From assembly GCA_018669975.1 (NCBI GenBank), contig JABHSK010000001.1:152394-216393 (forward strand): a stretch of DNA of 64,000 bases. The letters are read 5' to 3'. A program made the translations under genes and the position numbers. Source of the stretch: Candidatus Parcubacteria bacterium. Lineage in GTDB: Bacteria > Patescibacteriota > Patescibacteriia > UBA1558 > GWA2-36-10. Below the pieces are notes generated by a model that saw nothing but the letters and a program-made list of their open reading frames with translations, was not told the DNA's origin and did no database searches. This document shows, one piece after another, positions 9,007 to 18,894 of the stretch. Numbering within the stretch: position 1 is the stretch's first letter; each line of letters starts with the position of its first letter.

Positions 9007-10425
9007 TTATTTTTTCTTGATAGACAAACCTAGCTCATCTAGTTGTTCCTGATTAACCTCTGATGGAGAATCCATCATCGGATCACGACCGTCTGTAGTC
9101 AAAGGAAAAGCTGTCACTTCACGCAAATTCTTTTCTCCTTGCAAAATCATCATCAACCTATCTAGTCCTGGGGCAATACCGCCGTGTGGTGGTACTCCAT
9201 ATTTGAAAGCCTCAAAATAATGCTGAAATTGTTTTTTCTGTTCATCAGAAAATTCAATTAAATCCCAAACTTTTTCTTGAATCTTCATATCATGAATACG
9301 AATAGCTCCCCCGCCTACTTCAAAACCATTGAGAGCCAAATCATGTTGATATGCTCTAGCTTTACCCGGATCAGAATCTAATAAATGAACATCCTCTTCC
9401 TTAGGGGCAGTAAACATGTTATGACTCGGTGCCCAAGTGTCACCAGCACCATGAAATTTATCTTCTTCACTTTGTTCAACAAATAATGGAAAATTGATTA
9501 TCCAGGCAAAGGCTAATTCATTGGGATCATTTTTATCTTTGCGTAAATCAGGTTTATCACTGCCATATTTTTTTATAGCTTCATCGTGATCTATTCGTGG
9601 CCATGGTGTTTGGGTTATCTTCTTCTCTGGATACAATTCTTTAACTAACTCCGTAAACATTTGTTCGGTCAATTGTAAAATATCTTCTTGAGTCACAAAA
9701 GACATTTCCATGTCTAATTGATAAAACTCACCTGGACTTCTGTCAGCTCTGGCATCCTCATCACGAAAACATGGCGCTATCTGAAAATAGCGATCTAAAC
9801 CAGCAATCATCAAAAGCTGTTTGTATTGTTGTGGGGCTTGCGGTAAGGCAAAAAACTTACCGTTATGTAAGCGACTAGGCACTAGATAATCACGAGCACC
9901 CTCTGGAGTTGATTTGGAAAGTATCGGTGTTTGAACATCTACAAAATCCTGCTTGTGCAACCAATTACGCAAAAAGTTAATAACTTTATCTCTAGCTAAT
10001 ATATTATTTTTCATCCGCTCGTGACGTAAGTCCAAATACCTATATTTCATGCGCAGCTCCTCTTTGGCTTGGCGTTCTTCATTGTCTATTTCAAAGGGAG
10101 GAGTTTCAGCTTCGGATAAAACGGTAATTTTCTTAGCTAAAAGTTCAACTGTACCAGTTGCTAAATCTTTATTGATTTGTTTTGCACCACGTGCCTGCAC
10201 TACACCTTCTATGGCTAGCACAAACTCAGGTCTAATATCTTTAAGTATTTCATTGGAGGCTTCGTCCAACTCAGCTGGAACTGCCACCACTTGCAAAATT
10301 CCCCAACGATCTCTAACATCCAAAAAAGCAATTTTACCCATATTACGGCGGACATTTACCCAACCGCTAATCAAGACTGTTTTATCTACTTGATTGACTG
10401 TTTCTATAGTTTTTATACGTTTCAT
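9007..10425 (-). CDS. aspS: Aspartyl-tRNA synthetase (short form lacking a full GAD insertion domain).
   Basis: PQQYKQLLMIAGLDRYFQIAPCFRDEDARADRSPGEFYQLDMEMSF; LRMKYRYLDLR; C-terminal GGGAIRIHD...PHGGIAPGLDRL...AFPLT. Confidence 0.85.
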   Translation of the reverse strand: MKRIKTIETVNQVDKTVLISGWVNVRRNMGKIAFLDVRDRWGILQVVAVPAELDEASNEILKDIRPEFVLAIEGVVQARGAKQINKDLATGTVELLAKKITVLSEAETPPFEIDNEERQAKEELRMKYRYLDLRHERMKNNILARDKVINFLRNWLHKQDFVDVQTPILSKSTPEGARDYLVPSRLHNGKFFALPQAPQQYKQLLMIAGLDRYFQIAPCFRDEDARADRSPGEFYQLDMEMSFVTQEDILQLTEQMFTELVKELYPEKKITQTPWPRIDHDEAIKKYGSDKPDLRKDKNDPNELAFAWIINFPLFVEQSEEDKFHGAGDTWAPSHNMFTAPKEEDVHLLDSDPGKARAYQHDLALNGFEVGGGAIRIHDMKIQEKVWDLIEFSDEQKKQFQHYFEAFKYGVPPHGGIAPGLDRLMMILQGEKNLREVTAFPLTTDGRDPMMDSPSEVNQEQLDELGLSIKKK

Positions 10426-10470
10426 ATATTTGATTTAAATTCTAATAAATTAAGACTGTGCCGTTAAGAA

Positions 10471-10546
10471 TGGAGCCGACGGTCAGATTCGAACTGACGA
10501 CCTATTCTTTACGAAAGAATTGCTCTACCAGTTGAGCTACGTCGGC
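10471..10546 (-). tRNA. tRNA-Thr (anticodon CGT).
   Basis: The revcomp has acceptor gccgacg/cgtcggc, anticodon loop ttCGTaa, T-loop ttcgaat and CCA encoded. Confidence 0.85.
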
Positions 10547-10552
10547 AAAGCA

Positions 10553-11839
10553 CTACGGCCTAATCCTATGTATGGTGCGTGGAAATGGGATAGTTTCCCT
10601 AACATGTTGCACGCCACATACCCAAGCAACAACTCTCTCCAGTCCAAAACCAAATCCTCCATGTGGTACTGATCCATACTTTCTTAAATCTAGATACCAA
10701 GCAAATTCATCCATTGGCAATTTATGCTCTTTAACACGTTTGACTAGCTCATCATAATCATCCTCACGTTGTGATCCACCGATTATTTCTCCATAGCCTT
10801 CTGGTGCTAATAGATCAGCACATTCTGCTTTACTACCGTTGGCATCACGTTTCATGTAAAAAGATTTTATTTCTGCTGGATAATGAGTGACAAAGATTGG
10901 ATTATCAAATTCTTGCGTAAGTTTTGTTTCATCTTCCGCCCCTAGATCATCATTGTCTTTTATCTTACTACCCATGCCCTGCAATTTTTTAACTGCTTCC
11001 GCATGAGTGATACGATAAAATGGTTTTGTGATGTTATCTAGAGGCTTTGTATCCCGTTCTAATATTTTTAGTTCTTCTTGATTATTATCTAAAGCTGCCT
11101 GAACCATAAAACGAATCAAGTCTTCTTGAGTGTCTAAGTTATCTTTAAGATCTATAAAAGCCATTTCAGCATCCATCATCCAAAACTCTGTCAGGTGACG
11201 GCGTGTTTTTGATTTTTCAGCTCTGAAGACTGGACCAAAATCAAAAACTCTACCATGAGCAGCAATGGCTGCCTCCAAATATAACTGCCCACTTTGTGAT
11301 AGATAAGCCTTAGTATCAAAATATTCTAGTTCAAACAATTCAGTTGTACCCTCACAGGCATTAGGAGTTAATATTGGCGAATCAATTTTAGTAAAAGCAT
11401 GCTCCTTCATATATTGATATGTAGCTTGGATCAAGGTATTACGAACCCGTTGCACAGCCCATTGTTTACTACTACGTAGCCACAGATGCCGGTTATCCAT
11501 CAAAAAATCCACTCCATGCTCTTTCTTGCCGATCGGATAATCCTCTGCTATTTGATAAAATTCAAAATTAGCTACTTGAATTTCATATTCATCTTTTTTA
11601 GGATGTTTGGCTACCTTGCCACTTATCTTAACTGAAGTTTCTAGAGTAACTTTAGCAGCCTCATCCCACTGTTTATTATCCAAATCAGCCTGCGCTAAAA
11701 TAGCCTGAGTAAATCCAGTGCCGTCTCGAAGTTGCCAAAAAGCGATTTTACCTGAAGAACGATGATTAGATACCCAAGCATTGATCTCCACCTCTTTATC
11801 CACAAAATTGGCTAAATCCTTTATAAAAACTTTTTCCAT
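10553..11839 (-). CDS. asnS: Asparaginyl-tRNA synthetase.
   Basis: FGPVFRAEKSKTRRHLTEFWMMDAEMAF and the C-terminal GGFGFGLERVV...IPFPRT motif. Confidence 0.85.
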   Translation of the reverse strand: MEKVFIKDLANFVDKEVEINAWVSNHRSSGKIAFWQLRDGTGFTQAILAQADLDNKQWDEAAKVTLETSVKISGKVAKHPKKDEYEIQVANFEFYQIAEDYPIGKKEHGVDFLMDNRHLWLRSSKQWAVQRVRNTLIQATYQYMKEHAFTKIDSPILTPNACEGTTELFELEYFDTKAYLSQSGQLYLEAAIAAHGRVFDFGPVFRAEKSKTRRHLTEFWMMDAEMAFIDLKDNLDTQEDLIRFMVQAALDNNQEELKILERDTKPLDNITKPFYRITHAEAVKKLQGMGSKIKDNDDLGAEDETKLTQEFDNPIFVTHYPAEIKSFYMKRDANGSKAECADLLAPEGYGEIIGGSQREDDYDELVKRVKEHKLPMDEFAWYLDLRKYGSVPHGGFGFGLERVVAWVCGVQHVRETIPFPRTIHRIRP

Positions 11840-11982
11840 AAATAAAAAAATAATATCTGTTTATCAGCTTAAATAATACCTAAAAATTAGTTATTTTACA
11901 AGCACAATTGACTAATATGTTATAAGCTGTTTTAATATGTCAATCTATTCGTTATTTATAAACACAAACAAGGAGGATACTC

Positions 11983-12501
11983 ATGCGAATTATGCCAAAT
12001 CACGTCGAATCATCTATTCAGAGGCTACAAGAAGACAATGTCAGAATCTACCTGTGGCAAATGCTCCGCACGTATAGTGACAATACCTTCCAAGATCGTG
12101 TAGATCTACTAATATTCCAAAAGAAGCCAGGATTCTTTCAAAGGGTCCACAAAATGTCCCACCTAGAATACGCTACTTTTATGATGTCACATGCTAGAGA
12201 TATTATACTCTTGGCTGAAACCCAGATACGTGCCATATACGCTGTGCTAGCGCCAATTTATTTCGCCATGGGCTCTGAGTTGCCCCAGGTCACAGGCGAA
12301 GACATCGACGCCATCTTAGAACATCTACCGCCTGATGATTTTCTGGATTTCTTTGAGCAGTTCGCCGAATATGATACAGGCTGGTTTACTACTATCGCAG
12401 CCGTAACAGACTTGGTTGATCGCCAACCAGCCAAGGCAGCTGTCTGGGCTATCTGTAAAACTTTTATGGATAAATTGCCTGAGCCGATAGAAAAAGGCTA
12501 A
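11983..12501 (+). CDS. Hypothetical protein (an orphan gene with elevated GC).
   Basis: Strong RBS (aaggagga-N6-ATG), a TTGACT-N17-TTTAAT promoter at ~11909, and an intrinsic terminator at ~12505-12535. No recognisable domain. Confidence 0.55.
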   Translation: MRIMPNHVESSIQRLQEDNVRIYLWQMLRTYSDNTFQDRVDLLIFQKKPGFFQRVHKMSHLEYATFMMSHARDIILLAETQIRAIYAVLAPIYFAMGSELPQVTGEDIDAILEHLPPDDFLDFFEQFAEYDTGWFTTIAAVTDLVDRQPAKAAVWAICKTFMDKLPEPIEKG

Positions 12502-12552
12502 CTTATTCCCGATTGAAAACAATCGGGATTTTTATTTAAATAAAAAATCAGC

Positions 12553-12963
12553 TTATTCAGCTGACTTTTCACGTTCCTCTTCATATGATTCTTGGTCTCC
12601 GTATTCTAGGAAATCCTGATGGTATTTTGGCTCTATAAATTCTTTATCTGACTTATGTTTAATACCACACCAGTACTTCTCTGTTGCAGCACCAATAGCA
12701 GAGGTGTAATTCAATACTCCGTTAGCATAGCCGCAATAAATACAATTCAGTTTTTGCTTGATATCTAGATATTCTAATTTATGACGATCTATTTTGATAT
12801 ATTTTGACCTATCCACTTTTTTTATCCCATAAACTGGAAAACAAAAACTGTGATAGAGTTCAAAAAATAAATCTATAATTAATATTGGCCCTAGTAAAGC
12901 CCAGATAAATGGAATAGTTAATAAGTGCTTAAATTCCCTTTCTGGATGTTTAAAATAATCCAT
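12553..12963 (-). CDS. Hypothetical membrane protein.
   Basis: An N-terminal hydrophobic segment and conserved Cys/Tyr residues. A terminator hairpin follows. Confidence 0.5.
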   Translation of the reverse strand: MDYFKHPEREFKHLLTIPFIWALLGPILIIDLFFELYHSFCFPVYGIKKVDRSKYIKIDRHKLEYLDIKQKLNCIYCGYANGVLNYTSAIGAATEKYWCGIKHKSDKEFIEPKYHQDFLEYGDQESYEEEREKSAE

Positions 12964-12989
12964 GAGTATTTTTATTTTTATTTAAAATG

Positions 12990-15900
12990 TTATTTCTGAA
13001 TTTGTTTGTTGATACGCTTACCTTCAAATTTTACAAATATCATCGGAATGACAAATAATTGTAAAATGGTAGCGAACAATAAACCAAAAATAATAGATAT
13101 AGATAGGCCTACCCAAAACTCATTTGCGATAGCCAGCGGTATAACTCCCATTATAGTAGTAATGGATGTTAGTAAAATTGGTTGTAAACGAGTATCTCCA
13201 GCATCAGCGATAGCTTCTACGGCCTGCATTTTCTTTTCCTCAATATTACGCTTGGTTTTATCAACCAGCACAATGGCATCATTGACCACAATTCCAGATA
13301 AAGATATCAAACCTAGGAAAACTGGAAAACTAAACGGCAGTCTAAATATCAACATGCCGATAACTACACCGATAAGCATCAATGGCAAAGTCATCAACAC
13401 GGTAATCGGTCTAAGGAATGAATCAAACTGTAATACTAGGATAATTAATATCAAGAGTACTGCTACAATCATGGCACTCCACAATTCAGAAAAAGATTGT
13501 TCTATGTCCTCTACCTCGCCGCCAAAATTTACTTGGTAGCCGGCTGGTATATTATATTCGGTGGCTAATTTTTCTTCCGCTTGAGCTACAACTGCTGCAG
13601 CTGTAAAGCCAGGTTCTAAATCAGAGCTAACTGAGATAGTTCGCTCAAAATCACGATGCCTGATGGATGCTAAAGCTGGCTCTAATGAAAAGTCAGCTAG
13701 AGAAGAAAGCTTAACTGTTTGACCAGAATTGTTAATAATGGATAGGTTTTTAATCTCCTCTACTGAAGAAATTTTATCTTTATCCAATCTAACTACTACA
13801 TCTATATCATCACCGTCAATTGAAACTTCAGTGGCTGTGACGCCAAAGATAGCTGTTCTAAGCATACTGGATACATCGCCTATGGTCAATCTTGACCTAG
13901 CAATAGCTTCTTTATCTAATTTAAAAGTTAAATCAGCAGGAGATATATCCTGGTTACTATCTATATTTATAGGTCCATCAAGGCTGATTAATACCTCCTT
14001 AATTTGATTGGCTACTTGATCTAAAATCATTAGATCATCTCCAGTAATACGAGCCTCAACTGGCGCACCGGTTGGTGGACCACTTGTTAGTTCTTTAATA
14101 ATGATATCACCAGCGTTAATAACCTTTATTTGCTCTCGTATATCTTCGACTACATCGAAGCTCTTCTTCTCACGATTATCTGAATCTTTGAGGTTAACAC
14201 TAATACTAGCTACATGTTCATTGCTACTGCCTGGATCAAAACTGCCAATACTAGAAGATTGTCCAATGGTAGTAACAAAGTTTTTTATATTTGGATTTTG
14301 ATAAAGTTGATCCTCTACTTGAGCAACCACCTTTTCAGTCTCTTGAAGCTCTGTACCAATAGGCATCTTGATGTCTACATAAGTAAAATCAACATCAATT
14401 TTAGGAAATAATTCAACTGGTACAATACCTCCAATTAATAATCCTAGTGAGGCAAAGAATAATATAACTAAAGAAATTACTAGTTTAACTTTTTGTTTAC
14501 GGCTCTTAAGAAAATCTACAATGACTGATCTGTATTTCTTTCTTAATCTAGTAGTCAAATAACGTTCCAAAATACTTTCTTTTTTGCTTTTAGCAAACTG
14601 ACTCTTTTTCAAGAACATACCAGCAAAAGACGGCACCAATACCAAAGACACAAATAAAGATGATATCAATACTATAGCAATAGTAATTGGAAAAATCTTG
14701 AGATACTCGCCCAAGATGCCGCTAACCAAAAGCATTGGGAAAAATGCAGCCACAGTAGTCAACATACCAGCTGTTAGTGGTTTGCTATAGTTAGCCACTG
14801 ATAACAGCGCTGCTTTAACAGAAGGATAACCATCTTCACGTATATTGTGAAAAATACCTTCTAGTATAATTATAAATGAATCAACCAATAGGCCCAGCGA
14901 CAATACCAAGGCATAAAGGGTCATACTGTTTAATGTGTATCCTGAATAATATAAAACTATAAATGAAATCAAGAATGTAACTGGAATGGCAAATAAAGCT
15001 AAAATAGCTTCTCTAAAACTCAAAGCAACAAACATAATCATGAAAATCAGTATTGTAGCTTGCAAACCACTCCTACCTAGTGTATCTAAATCTTCACGAA
15101 TAAAACTAGAGTAGTCATTATTAACCTCAACTTTAACTGCTGCTGGAATTATTTTATCTTCCTGTAGTTGCGCTACCTTAACTTTGGCAGCATCTACCAT
15201 ATCTAAAATATTACCACCAGTTTTTTTGAAAATCTGCAAAGAAACAGTATTTTGTGCTGGTTGTCCATCTATAGAAATTCTAGAAACAATATTTTGTTCT
15301 GTGAATTGTTCTTTAATTTCAGCAACGTCTTTTAATAAAATCGGTCGCCCCTCATTCTCACCAACTACCACACCTTTAAGATCTTCGATAGATTCAAACT
15401 TAGCTACCGTACGAATATTATAATGAATATTATCAACCGTAATATCACCCAAAGGCATATCCATATTAGCTATAGAGATAGCACCAACTATTTGATTAAT
15501 TGATAATCCCAGTCTAGCTAAAGATGTTTTATTTATAATTACAGAAAATTCTTTATCTCTAACGCCTAATAAAGGCACCTTGGAGACTCCTGAGATTCCC
15601 TCTAGCTCATCCTGTACTATTTCTCCCAGTTGCTTAAGCTGATTTTCGGTTAAATCTCCAGCTAGAGAAAAAGTGATAACTGGAAAGTCATTGGCACGAA
15701 TCTGAATAACACTTGGATCTTCAGCATCATCAGGTAATCCAGACACATAACCAACTTTTTCTTTTAAGTCAGTAATACTGTCGTCTAGATTAGCCTCTGC
15801 TTCAAACTCTACAGTAATAGATGACAAGCTGGTACGCGAATTTGATGTTACACGTTTAACATTATCCAATTCTTCAATTTTACTTTCTAGTTCATCAGTA

Positions 15901-16148
15901 ATTAAGTTTTCTACATCTGAAGGACTAGCACCTGGATAAAAAGTGGTAACTACGGCAATGGGGATTTTTACTTCTGGGTCTGATTCACGGTCTATATTAC
16001 CAACCGCAAAACCACCCATGATAAAAATAGTAATAATAGCTAGAATTACTACTCGACAATGAGTAATAAAATAACCAAAGATATTGCCGCGAGTTTTGGC
16101 AATAGCTTTTTCGGCAAATATATTTTTGATCTCTTTTTGATCTTGCAT
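12990..16148 (-). CDS. RND superfamily efflux transporter (AcrB/HAE family).
   Basis: 1052 aa with 12 transmembrane segments, large periplasmic loops and the AcrB-type N-terminus. Confidence 0.9.
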   Translation of the reverse strand: MQDQKEIKNIFAEKAIAKTRGNIFGYFITHCRVVILAIITIFIMGGFAVGNIDRESDPEVKIPIAVVTTFYPGASPSDVENLITDELESKIEELDNVKRVTSNSRTSLSSITVEFEAEANLDDSITDLKEKVGYVSGLPDDAEDPSVIQIRANDFPVITFSLAGDLTENQLKQLGEIVQDELEGISGVSKVPLLGVRDKEFSVIINKTSLARLGLSINQIVGAISIANMDMPLGDITVDNIHYNIRTVAKFESIEDLKGVVVGENEGRPILLKDVAEIKEQFTEQNIVSRISIDGQPAQNTVSLQIFKKTGGNILDMVDAAKVKVAQLQEDKIIPAAVKVEVNNDYSSFIREDLDTLGRSGLQATILIFMIMFVALSFREAILALFAIPVTFLISFIVLYYSGYTLNSMTLYALVLSLGLLVDSFIIILEGIFHNIREDGYPSVKAALLSVANYSKPLTAGMLTTVAAFFPMLLVSGILGEYLKIFPITIAIVLISSLFVSLVLVPSFAGMFLKKSQFAKSKKESILERYLTTRLRKKYRSVIVDFLKSRKQKVKLVISLVILFFASLGLLIGGIVPVELFPKIDVDFTYVDIKMPIGTELQETEKVVAQVEDQLYQNPNIKNFVTTIGQSSSIGSFDPGSSNEHVASISVNLKDSDNREKKSFDVVEDIREQIKVINAGDIIIKELTSGPPTGAPVEARITGDDLMILDQVANQIKEVLISLDGPINIDSNQDISPADLTFKLDKEAIARSRLTIGDVSSMLRTAIFGVTATEVSIDGDDIDVVVRLDKDKISSVEEIKNLSIINNSGQTVKLSSLADFSLEPALASIRHRDFERTISVSSDLEPGFTAAAVVAQAEEKLATEYNIPAGYQVNFGGEVEDIEQSFSELWSAMIVAVLLILIILVLQFDSFLRPITVLMTLPLMLIGVVIGMLIFRLPFSFPVFLGLISLSGIVVNDAIVLVDKTKRNIEEKKMQAVEAIADAGDTRLQPILLTSITTIMGVIPLAIANEFWVGLSISIIFGLLFATILQLFVIPMIFVKFEGKRINKQIQK

Positions 16149-16150
16149 AA

Positions 16151-17773
16151 TTATTTATTGACAATATCTATTTCATCGCCAACAGAAACAAAAACTCCGT
16201 TTAGTAATACCAGTTGATCACCTTCTGCTAAACCACCGGCTACTGATACTTTATCACCAAAAACTTGTCCTAGAGTAACAGATTTTCTAAAAATTTTTCC
16301 TTCTTCTGCAATAAAAACGTATGAACCTGAAGCTTCGATAGTAACGGATTTAATTGGAATAACTATTGTATCGATATCCTTATATATTAAATTAAATTTA
16401 ATATCAGCAATATCACCAGCCACTAAATCTGCTTCTGCTTCGCTACTCTGTACAGTCACAGAAACTTTGCCACTATTTAAATCACCAGTCGGCTCAATTT
16501 CTACCACGATACCCCTGTATTGATCATTGATTAAAACCTCATCGTTTAAAGTAAGTGCTTTGGCAAAATCAACATCTACATCAACTATCATTTCTACAAT
16601 AGATAAATCTCCCAACTCAATTAATTGCTGTCCAACACCTGCCTGTTCTCCAGGATTAGCATAGTGTGACATGATAGTACCAGAAAATGGAGCAGCTAAA
16701 GTCAGGTTATTATAATTATAAGCAGCGCCATCAAACTGGGTTTGAGACATACTTTTTTCTAGAGCAGCGCCATCTTTGGCATTCTGCAAACTAATTTCAG
16801 CATTATTATATTCAATCTGTGATAAATTCAATTGACTCTGAGCTTGATTTATAGACAATCGATTAGTAATTTCCGTATTACTAATACTATTAATAGTAGC
16901 AATAACGCTAGTAACGTGTTGATTAATCTGTGTCTGATAATTAGCCACACTCAATTGTGCACTAGCTATATCAGCAACACTATATACATTTCCATTGGGA
17001 ATAGCGTTTTGCAAAAGTACAGCTGTATTATCCAGGGCATTTTTGCCAGACAATAAAACTGTTTGTATTTCATTAAAATAAATATCTAGATTTTCTCTAG
17101 GAGCTGCAACTGATAAATCAGAAAAATCATAAACTGCCTGATCTAACAAAAAACCAGTGTCAGTCCGCAGTTGCTCTTCAGCTGTTAAAATATTTCTATA
17201 CTTAAAACGTGGATTATCATCATTTCCTTCATTCAAGAAAATCAAGGCTTGATTTAGAGAGTTGTAAGCTGAACTATAAGCTACCATAGCTGAATCCTCA
17301 GCGGTACGTAAGGCCTGCTCAGTCTGAGCAATAGTGTTGTCATATTGACTTTGGGCTAGATCTAATCTGGCCTTTGAACTATTTAGACCCAGTTCGGCTT
17401 GCTGAATTCTCTGCCCAGTAACAATGTTTGTTTGATCCAAACTTTGTCGAGCATTAAAAAAACCGCTCTCAATCCCCTCATCTCTTATAGAGAAAAGCGG
17501 TTGACCAACGACTATTTGCGAACCTACTGGTGCTAAATATTCAATTGTACCAGGAGTAAGACTTCTAACCACACTATATTGTTTTGGCGTTACAGTACCG
17601 CTGGCTGACAAAGAAGAACTTACCTCACCTTGTTTGGTGATATATTGAACTTCTACCTGCTTTTTAATTACAGGCTCTTCAGCTTCTTCAACCTTATTAC
17701 CACATCCAGTTAAAGTGAATGCAGCAATTACCAATGCGGACAACAAAAGTGTTCCTTTAATACTTCTACTCAT
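16151..17773 (-). CDS. Efflux periplasmic adaptor (membrane fusion protein, HlyD/AcrA-like) lipoprotein.
   Basis: Lipobox (LTGC), a long coiled-coil and beta-barrel/lipoyl-like domains. It is co-oriented with and adjacent to the RND pump. Confidence 0.8.
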   Translation of the reverse strand: MSRSIKGTLLLSALVIAAFTLTGCGNKVEEAEEPVIKKQVEVQYITKQGEVSSSLSASGTVTPKQYSVVRSLTPGTIEYLAPVGSQIVVGQPLFSIRDEGIESGFFNARQSLDQTNIVTGQRIQQAELGLNSSKARLDLAQSQYDNTIAQTEQALRTAEDSAMVAYSSAYNSLNQALIFLNEGNDDNPRFKYRNILTAEEQLRTDTGFLLDQAVYDFSDLSVAAPRENLDIYFNEIQTVLLSGKNALDNTAVLLQNAIPNGNVYSVADIASAQLSVANYQTQINQHVTSVIATINSISNTEITNRLSINQAQSQLNLSQIEYNNAEISLQNAKDGAALEKSMSQTQFDGAAYNYNNLTLAAPFSGTIMSHYANPGEQAGVGQQLIELGDLSIVEMIVDVDVDFAKALTLNDEVLINDQYRGIVVEIEPTGDLNSGKVSVTVQSSEAEADLVAGDIADIKFNLIYKDIDTIVIPIKSVTIEASGSYVFIAEEGKIFRKSVTLGQVFGDKVSVAGGLAEGDQLVLLNGVFVSVGDEIDIVNK

Positions 17774-17935
17774 ATTCTACTCAATTATTGAATTATCAAG
17801 TCCACGAAAATTAACATAATAGGGCTCTTTTGTCAATATTAATTAAAACAAGATTTTTTTATCTACAAAAAAATAAAACGCTTGACATATCTTTTGAGTA
17901 TGTTAGTATGTGTATATAAGACACTAACATAATTT

Positions 17936-18619
17936 ATGTCCAACCCAACAGTACAAGCGGAACACGCTAAACAAAATATCAAACTAGCTGTTGATAATTG
18001 TATTTTTACTGTCAAAGACGGCAAGCTTTTTATTTTACTAATCAAAATGAAGTCTAAGCTCCAGGGGATGTGGGCCTTACCAGGTGGCTTAATTAAAGAT
18101 ACCGAAACAATTGGTGCAGCTGCTCAACGCATTCTTAAACAAGAAACTGGTCTATCAGACAACTATCTCGAACAACTCTATACTTTTAGTCAGCCAAATC
18201 GTGATCCTTTTGCTAGGGTTATTTCTACTGCCTATTTTGCTCTAATTCCTGACGCAAACATTGAACTTAAACCAAGTCCAAAATATGATGATGTTCGTTG
18301 GTATCCTGTTAAAAAACTACCGGAATTGGCCTATGATCATAATCATATCGTTAAATATGCAAAACAAAGATTAGAGTGGAAAATCAGCTACACCAACGCT
18401 GCATGGTCTTTATTACCAGAAAAATTTACTTTGACTGAACTACAAAAAGTATATGAAGCAATATTGAATAAAAAACTGGATAAACGCAATTTTCGTAAGA
18501 AAATAGACAAAGTTGGTCTACTTAAGGAAACTAAACAAACCAAATTAGAAGGTGCACATAGACCAGCTAAATTATATGAATTTTCCAGCAAAAAGAAGAA
18601 AATAGTAGAAATTATCTAA
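17936..18619 (+). CDS. nrtR: NrtR-like regulator: a degenerate Nudix domain plus a C-terminal winged-helix DNA-binding domain.
   Basis: The Nudix box is degenerate (GGLIKDTETIGAAAQRILKQETGL; the RE/EE acidic residues are replaced). The C-terminus reads FTLTELQKVYEAILNKKLDKRNFRKK, reminiscent of the NrtR DNA-binding domain. The gene is encoded in low-GC native DNA. Confidence 0.6.
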   Translation: MSNPTVQAEHAKQNIKLAVDNCIFTVKDGKLFILLIKMKSKLQGMWALPGGLIKDTETIGAAAQRILKQETGLSDNYLEQLYTFSQPNRDPFARVISTAYFALIPDANIELKPSPKYDDVRWYPVKKLPELAYDHNHIVKYAKQRLEWKISYTNAAWSLLPEKFTLTELQKVYEAILNKKLDKRNFRKKIDKVGLLKETKQTKLEGAHRPAKLYEFSSKKKKIVEII

Positions 18620-18894
18620 TTTTACTCCTTTTCTTATATTTTTTTGTTCTTATTTAGTGTACTTTTCACACTAATAAGTAAATATACCTAAGACTTGACA
18701 AAATTACCAAAATATGATAAAAAGAACCGTTTATTTTGTAAATAATTTCAGCTTTAATCCCCTTTCCAAAGGGCGAGCCGTTTGTTGCCTAAAAAATGGA
18801 AATTAAATTAGTTTCTATGCTTTAGGTAGCAAAACCTATATGTTCGTTAACAATTTGGTTTTGAAAAACACTCAACAATGAGAAAGGAGGAGAA

